Source of the DNA: the human T2T-CHM13v2.0 reference genome, Homo sapiens
Direction: 5' to 3' (one strand)
Assembly: GCF_009914755.1 (NCBI RefSeq)
Contig: NC_060928.1
DNA: 64,000 bases
Both the position numbers and the translations under genes were made by a program. The notes under the pieces are model-generated. The model searched no databases, was not told the DNA's origin, and was given only the letters and a program-made list of their open reading frames with translations. Below are positions 56,167 to 64,000 of the stretch, one piece after another. The stretch's first letter is position 1, and each line of letters starts with the position of its first letter.

Positions 56167-56193
56167 CTATGAGGATAACAGACCCTTCATCAA
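56167..56193 (+). CDS. ADGRL3: ADGRL3 alternative 27-nt microexon in ICL3, phase 2/2 (DNI-K-SWV becomes DNI-NYEDNRPFI-K-SWV)
   Basis: Acceptor tatgcattctttag, exon CTATGAGGATAACAGACCCTTCATCAA, donor gtaaga. Frame-preserving. Peptide matches my recollection of long latrophilin-3 isoforms. Confidence 0.92.
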
Positions 56194-58753
56194 GTAAGAA
56201 TGACCTGAATGGCTGATAAATTCCGTTTATCAGTGTGGTCCCATGAACCAGCTGTCAGATCAGTACTGAAAAATCATTAGAGCTTCTGTCATTCACGTAG
56301 AGGCAGAAGAGCAAACTGTGCAGGAAAATAATCTGGCATACAACCTATATGCAGAATAAATATGCTGCAGGTGTATTGCCAAAAAAAAATTCTGCTTCAC
56401 CTCTGTTAATTGGATATCACCTGAATTCAGTGCCACAGCAATAACAATTTCCTGTGGTACAGACTTGTTTCTCTTTTAATAGCTTCCCTTTCATTGTGAT
56501 GTGTTCCTCTGTGCCACATACGTCCGCTTTTCTGTTGTTTGTTTGGGCATCATTCATCTAAAATTATTGTGTCATTTACTGGTATATCTTCAAAATGATC
56601 TTACGGGTATAAAACTACCCAATTGCAATTGATATTAATGAATTGCTATACTAAATATAAATAAAGAAAAAAATGCCTTCTTCAAAATTCATTTTTACAT
56701 ATGCAAAATTATCCCTTTCAAATTTGACACCTGTCACTTGATTAATGATCTAATCTGTATGAATATATTTCAGTGTCTGAAATAAAGCTACAAGTCTGTA
56801 CTAATCTAACAAATATGAACATAAATGTTAACATTTAGACATTTTTCGGATGCATACTTTAAAATTACAAGTCCTGCAAGAATAAACTAAGATTGGTAAC
56901 CTATGGGCAACCTTGCTATAGACTTTCAGTTTGTTCTTCTGGTGAAGAGTCCTTTGTTTTCATTTTTCTCCAGTGCCATTTCACTTCTTCATGCTTCTGC
57001 TTTCCTTCTTTTGTTGTTTTTTTTTTTTTTTTAGAAATCGGGGCTCATTGCAGTTTTCTACCAATTAACCCTTGGGCCCATCATGTGTTTTCCAGTGGTT
57101 AATACCTGACTTAAGTATTTGATCCTATTATTTTGTTTTTAAATCTAAATGGCAATATTGCCTTGATTTAATGGCAATTCTTATTCTTTCTTTTTCCAAC
57201 GTCCATAAGAAGCTGAGAGCTTTTCCTTGAAAGTTAGTATACTTCTGAATCCAGTTGTAGTATAAAATATTAACACCTAAAATGTTTTGTAATTCATATA
57301 AGCAAACATGTAATATGTAATAGCAAAACTCCCTTAGAGATTTTTTATTCAAGAATGTTGATGTTTTCAATTAAACATGTTAAATATAGTGGGCATTTAA
57401 AGATGAAATATAGTGGCTGATTGTTATGGGAGAAAAACAGTAAATATTTATAATTATTTTTAATAAGACTTTAATAATTAACTACTTTGGGACCATATCT
57501 TTCTTAAGATGCAGTTCTCTCTAAAAAACAAATTGAACTCAGCTTCAGATTATGATAAACATATATGATTTTTCCCCTTCATTTTACAAAGTTTCCATCC
57601 CTGTAAATATATCTTCCTAAGACATTATAGTGGAGGATAATAATCTGCTGGAAAGAAATATGAATTTACCCTATTCAAGGAAGATGTGCTGGGAATAAAG
57701 AGGTTGGGCTTATTAGTGTATAGCGATCTCTACTGATATGGTCCTGTTCTCCCATATACTTGGGAGTTGAGAAGGATTTCATTTCAGTTATGAGTCCCAT
57801 CTGTTGCAAGAACATTTTATCTTGATATTCAATACATAACTTAACCACAAATATATGAATTTTGTTACCTGCTTATACTCTTGCAAATGACATCTTGGAG
57901 GAAACTAAGAGAATGGAGTGGGAGTGAGAACTTGTCTTTTATTCTATACTACTCCATTCATACCACCCCATCTTCATTCTCAGCTTCATCTTCTCCCTTG
58001 AGTTTACAGACACTTCAAAAAAGTTTCCCTGAGCCTTCAAAATTTTTTTCAACAAAGCTTCCAAATGACTGATTTCTAAAATCTACTACAGCATACCATA
58101 GAAGTGAGTGATCCAAAGCCTGAAGGAGGGTAGAAACAATGTTTCCGATAGAGTGGAACTACTTTTTCCATCTACTATCCCTCACGCTTAGTCTTTATAA
58201 ATATAGAATTAGACAAGTGGGGCTCATTAAATTCATACATGTACTTCAAATCCATGTATTTCCTCCTAATACGAGTTATATTTTTGTCAGTAAACAATAA
58301 AATTTTTGTGGAAAAAGAGGACATTTTGAAAAAGCGAGGTAAAAATGTATCAGAAGAAGCACTAATAGAGGGAAATCAATCAAACAAATGTTACCACTGT
58401 GAGACCAGTGAAGACTAACAGCTTTATAGCCTGCTTTCCTGTTGCCATTCACCATAATTACACCTCATGCCATTTGCATATGTGCTGCAAATACATGAAT
58501 AATTTATGGTACAAATCTGCTTTTGCTTAAATGAATTTCTGTGTTCATAACATTTTCATTCATGTATATATCTCCTCAAGCTTGAAAACTTGTAGTCTCA
58601 TTAAAACCTTAAAGTACTTACACCACCTGTCTTACATTTTCTGTCAATAAAAGTTACTGTAACATTTTTTTCAGTGTCGTATTGTTGATCTGATATGGTT
58701 GTTAATTAAAGATCAATTATTTAATAACCCTTAATTTTCTCTTCTCTCTACAG

Positions 58754-58922
58754 GTCATGGGTTATAGGTGCAATAGCTCTTCTCTGCCTATTAGGATTGA
58801 CCTGGGCCTTTGGACTCATGTATATTAATGAAAGCACAGTCATCATGGCCTATCTCTTCACCATTTTCAATTCTCTACAGGGAATGTTTATATTTATTTT
58901 CCATTGTGTCCTACAGAAGAAG
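58754..58922 (+). CDS. ADGRL3: ADGRL3 coding exon, TM6-ECL3-TM7 ([20 protein letters not shown]...[18 protein letters not shown]), 169 nt, phase 2/0; absent from the ORF track
   Basis: Acceptor cttctctctacag and donor AAG|gtaagc. LLGLTW and NSLQG.FIF signatures. Confidence 0.98.
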
Positions 58923-59265
58923 GTAAGCTAGAATTCTTTTTTTAAAATAAAAATGGCATACATTTCATGATAGCAAAGCAGCCACAACATATTCTAATAT
59001 ATTATTCTTGATATGTTTGTCTACAAGAAATAAAGATACTCATCATTTATAACAGTAAAGCAAAACAAACACAAAATACAAGCATAATAGTTGGTGGGAG
59101 TGTCCAATAGTAAAAAACAATAAAAACATTTTCTGATTTAAACAGTGAACAAAAATTATTTTCTTATAGATTTGACTTTATAGTCTTTAATATTCCCATT
59201 GGTGGCCAAATGGATTTGTGTATTAGGAAGTAATTATTTTCTGAAAATGTTGTGGAGGCATGAGT

Positions 59266-59268
<3 letters not shown>

Positions 59269-59301
<33 letters not shown>
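59269..59301. repeat. (AC)16 microsatellite
   Basis: Perfect run. Confidence 0.95.
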
Positions 59302-59303
<2 letters not shown>

Positions 59304-59724
59304 GATATATATCACAGTATAGGAAATATACATGTGTATATGTGTATATATTTCTGTTTCTTCAAACACTAGTTTACATTAGAACATATAAATGTTTACA
59401 CAGCTTATGGTAAAATAATATACATTTATATTTTTTGAATGAATGATGGAATAGTTAATAATGGTATCTATATTTCTTTCCCTTAAAAGCATTTATTATG
59501 AAATCTAAGAGTTGTATTATTAGAATGCAATCTTTTACATGTATCTGTTTTTGCAAATGTTTACATTTGTAAGGACATAATATATATATATAAATTTTCA
59601 AAGTTAATTTTAAACACTAAATATTTTTATTACTTTTTTTAAAATCCCCAGATTGATTTTCCAATCTTATACACTTTAACTTTATTTAAAATGTGATCTC
59701 GATAGGTCCAGTCACAACGACCCC

Positions 59725-59850
59725 TCAGCCAGATTGCCTGGGTTTGAATCTCTGTTTTTCTATTTAAAAACTTATGTGACTTTCGGCAAGTTAATTAACC
59801 TCCCCATGTCTCAGTTTACTCATGTGTGACATGGAGGGGGTAAAAATAAT
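59725..59850 (+). mobile_element. MIR SINE
   Basis: GCCAGATTGCCTGGGTTTGAATC...GGCAAGTTAATTAACCTC...CTCAGTTT. Confidence 0.75.
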
Positions 59851-61469
59851 TAAAAAATATTCAAAGAAATGGCTCTGAAAATGAAATAGAAAATTATGTT
59901 TTAAAATTTGTGGGAAAGAAACAATAAGACTTATAATTTTTCTTTGGAAAACAAAGGAAATAAAAAGTAAAGATATCCCTTTCTAGGATTCTTAGTTTTA
60001 GAGACTGCTGGGACCAAAACAAGAAGTTGAAAAGAGTGTCCACTTGTGAAGATGGACAAACATAAAAGAAAACACTACTCTTTTTTCAATTTTAGATGGT
60101 GGTAGATAACTAAAATGTGTTGACATGATCGCAAATACAGAATAGAGTAGTAAAGATGAGTCAGGTTTCTAAATGTAGGTTACAGAAAAGAAAAGAGGTT
60201 ACATTAGAATGGATGCATTCTAATCTAATTCATTAGAATTCTTAAAAAGAGGTTGTTTTAAAATAGATGAATCCTGCTATAACAGGATATTTAAAAAAAT
60301 AAAAACAAAATAAAATAGATGAACCCTCCAAATAATTAATATGTACACCCCCCAAATTACAGAAGCCTGCCTAAACATATGTTTATGTTTTACTCATTGC
60401 CCAATGGATGGGGTTGCCCCATGAAGGGACATAGGCTGATGAAGATTCAAACAACCTCAATCTATGATATTATAGTCCTCTTGGGTTTTGACATCCAACA
60501 GGAAGTCTGGGAGAGAGAGAGATGATTTTGTGGTTTGAAAGTGGTTCACATGGCTTCTACTCATTTTGTTTTTTTTTATCAGATAGGGTTCTATCGATGG
60601 TACCACCTAAACTGCAAGGGAGACAGAAAAACATAGTATAGCTTTTTTAGTCAGAAAGAGAAGAAATTGGATATGGTGAAGAGATGGCAGTCTGCCACAC
60701 TTAATGTATTTAAAGAATAGGAGACATGTAAATGGTGAGTGAGAATAGAGCTGTAAGGAAGAACGAGAATCAAGATGATACACTGAATTAAAGATAGGAG
60801 AAAATGTCAAGAAGAAGTCAGTGGTTGGTATTCTAAAAGACTTCAGAGAAGTCAGAGAGACTAAAACTTGAGGAAGATGTCTAGATTTGGATAGAAGAAA
60901 GCCATAACTGATGCTCAAGAGAAATAGATGCAAAAAATGTGAGCAAAATCAGGAGATTAAGGAAAATGGTAGCATTTGCCCATGATAAAAAGGGAATATA
61001 TTAGGTCATTATGATCAGTCATAACATACTGAAGTATAGTAGATTTATTTGCCTGTCGTCTTTATTTTGTACATTAGCTGGAAATTTGGACCAACATAAT
61101 TTTTAAATTTTATTTAAATTTTTTTACTAACTCATTAAGAAGTAATTTTTAAATGTTAAAGTTAATTTGGAAATTTTCTACAAAGCAGAAAAGAAATTTT
61201 TGTACTTTACACACATTCTTTTGCTTTGAGTATTTTTTTATTAGCCAATGCCTCTTTCAGTTTTCCCAATATTAATAAAAATGTTATTTTAATTTTTCGT
61301 GTCTTAACATAAGCATATCACTGGAATAAGTAAGAATTGCATTTGGTACCCAGGTAGAGATTTTACATCTCAAGACCCTCAAACAAATTTAGAGTTTTTA
61401 GTATATTTAACATAAGTTAAATTTTAAAATATATATGTCATCAAGTTCAATTTTGTGATTCATTAAAAC

Positions 61470-61672
61470 AGAGTTCCGGAAACTGTGGCTCATGAGCCAA
61501 ATTCATCCAGCTGCCTTTTATTTTTACAGCCAGGAAGTCAGGAATGGTTACTACATTTTCAATACATAAAGTTTAAAATAAGTATATACACCCTATCCTT
61601 AATTTTGGCTCCTGAGTCAAAAAACTTAAAATTTTAACTATCTGGACCTTATAGAAAAACTTGCCAGGCCCT
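61470..61672. mobile_element. MER58 hAT-Charlie MITE
   Basis: AAACTGTGGCTCATGAGCCAAAT...ACTATCTGGACCTTATAGAAAAACTTGCCAGGCCCT. Confidence 0.7.
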
Positions 61673-63599
61673 AATTTTGAACGCTTATTTTCATGATTTA
61701 CAATAACAAGTAATACATATTGTTCTTTCATCCATTCTGTGTTTTGAATTTTAAAACTTTGGTCACATTTGTATTTGGTGTCAAGAATATGGGCCAACAT
61801 CAGAAAATACAGAAAACGTATAATTATTTTTGGTTTTTATTTTGTATAAAAACTGTCGTGTACTTGTCTTTGAAACTGAAGAAATGGTTAGGAGGTACTT
61901 TTTCTTTTAAGCCATCTGATTAAATTTCACTAATATGCCATCACTGGTATAGTTGCTTATATATTTTGATTAGAGAAATATGAAATATTTCATATTTGAA
62001 AATTGCTGTCTTATTGAATTATTTGTCGAATGTTTCAACTTACTCATAAAATTAAAATTTTTGTATCTCAGTCTTTTTCTGAGTATGGATTGTGTAAACA
62101 GTTTTCCACTGGTCACATTAAAGTGGTCACTTTTACTTTTGTCATACATTCAAATATTTGATATATTCCCAGAGCTTCCACAATCATTTTATTTCTGATA
62201 TGAGAAATATCAGAAATATTTTACTGGTAAGGTATATTCTCTTTCCTGTCTTCTATATTCTAGAACAGCATCACACTAAAATAGGATATCATCTGACTAG
62301 GGTAACTAAGATGCAGTGCCATGTGAAATAGTAGATTAGAATATGCAAATGATTGAACAATCAAATAACTGCTTTTTTGTAATCTAAAAAATGTTTCCTG
62401 GACATGGTCCATGTTATTTTTTTTCTTCTTTTTAAGACATATGCTTACCATTTCAAATCAAATCACAGCAAAATAAAGTCAGTATAATGATTCAGTAAGT
62501 AATGTAGCTAATGCGAGACTTGGCATCACCAAATATCTTGATTTTCTGGTTGTTTATATTATCGGTTCAGAACATTTAATCTTTGTTGGAAAATGCAAAT
62601 AGCCCACGATGAATTATTGTGGCTTAAACAATATTGCTGATTTTGTAACAGGAGGGAGAGTGGTTCTCTTTCTCTCTTCTTTGCCTTTATTCCTCATTTT
62701 ACTGAAATATTTGTTTAGGTTTACATCACTTCATTCAAATACCCTTTCTCATCTAGAAGGAAATATACCATTTTGCTGTGTACCTCAGGAAAATAATGCG
62801 GGATGTTGCAGGGGGAAGTTATGATCAAAGTTTAGGTTCTTAGAGATGCTTCATAAATCAGTAGAAATTACTAAACTATCATTGATAATGCTTACTTTTG
62901 GTTAGAGATTATTTTAAGCCTTCTCAAGTTCTAATTAAAGCATTTGTCCTCATTCTTTCCAGACACAAAGAAGGAGATAATTAATAGATTACTTTAATGA
63001 TAATATTAGTAATATACAATGCCTGTGCTGGTCAGTGATTTCATGTTCCAAATGTGGCATCTTAGAGCTTTTTGATCATAGAGCACCCATGAAATTTAGA
63101 TTTTTCTCCTAAGGCACATCGCTTGACTTTTCAGTCTTGTAGTTTACTCTCATTGCTTAACCCATTTCAATCTCCTTATCTATAAAATGAAGGTAATAGT
63201 TATTTTCAGAGTCATTTTGAGGGACATACCTAGCACAATTCCTGACACATAATAGTTAAAAAGTAGAAGTTTCTTCTTTTCACCCTCCCTACAGATGCAT
63301 CTTAGAAACACACATAACTGGCTACAGCTCGATTTCTTTTTTTAAAATACACAAAATATGGACTGACTTGTAAACACTAAACAAAAATAATTATCTCTAA
63401 TTCTAATCATTGATAAATGTAGCACAGAAGAGACTGGTTGCAAAACAAATCAATAGCATTTTAAATACATTAAAAATAAGTAATTTTGCCATACCAGAGC
63501 AGAGAAAGGCCTTAAAGACCAGCACATCATAACCCTGTTTTTTCATTCTATTCTTTATGGTGAGAATGCCTTTTTCTCCTCTTTTCCCCTATCCTTTAT

Positions 63600-63790
63600 T
63601 TCAACTTCACTCTGTAAATTAATTCCAGCCACTCTTTTGAAGACTTTCTGGGAAGCCCTCTTCCCCAAGAAGCCGTTCTTGGCCTCCCACACCTACTTCC
63701 CGCAGGCACTCCTCTTCTATGCTTGAGTCACCTGACCCTATCTCTATCATTGTTCTTATCACATAATAAGCACTCAATAAATGTGAGTTC
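63600..63790 (+). mobile_element. L2 3' end fragment
   Basis: TTCTGGGAAGCC...CACATAATAAGCACTCAATAAATG. Confidence 0.55.
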
Positions 63791-64000
63791 TTTAAGCAAA
63801 TCTGTATATGTTCTGTCTTTAATTCTCCTATATCTTTGACACAATGAATTTTACAATAATAAGATGAAATGTTCCCATTTGGAATACTAAATTTAATGTA
63901 TCATTTACATACCTTTTTTGCTTTTGATTCTAAATAACATCCCTTTTTAAAGCACATGTTCAAAACTTTGATTTAAATAAAATCTTATTTGAATATTACA

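Overview
This is AT-rich, repeat-laden primate (almost certainly human) genomic DNA from inside ADGRL3 (LPHN3, latrophilin-3), an adhesion GPCR transcribed on the + strand. Five constitutive coding exons (6874-7083, 10699-10919, 23603-23669, 25487-25578, 58754-58922) splice in frame at GT-AG sites and encode the entire 7TM domain. A 27-nt frame-preserving microexon (56167-56193) inserts 9 aa into intracellular loop 3. The rest is intron, filled with Alu, L1, L2, MIR, LTR (THE1, MLT1, MER21-like) and DNA-transposon fossils (near full-length Tigger1, Tigger3a, MER46C, MER3, MER58) plus microsatellites. Nearly all ORFs in the track are spurious. I see no evidence of a new multi-gene system. The most unusual items are a 127-bp locally templated insertion inside a THE1 LTR, the ICL3 microexon with its neural splicing motifs, a candidate in-frame cassette exon just before TM1, and a tiny TSD-flanked orphan retroposition. 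Repeat family names and boundaries come from recognising consensus sequences by eye and are approximate.
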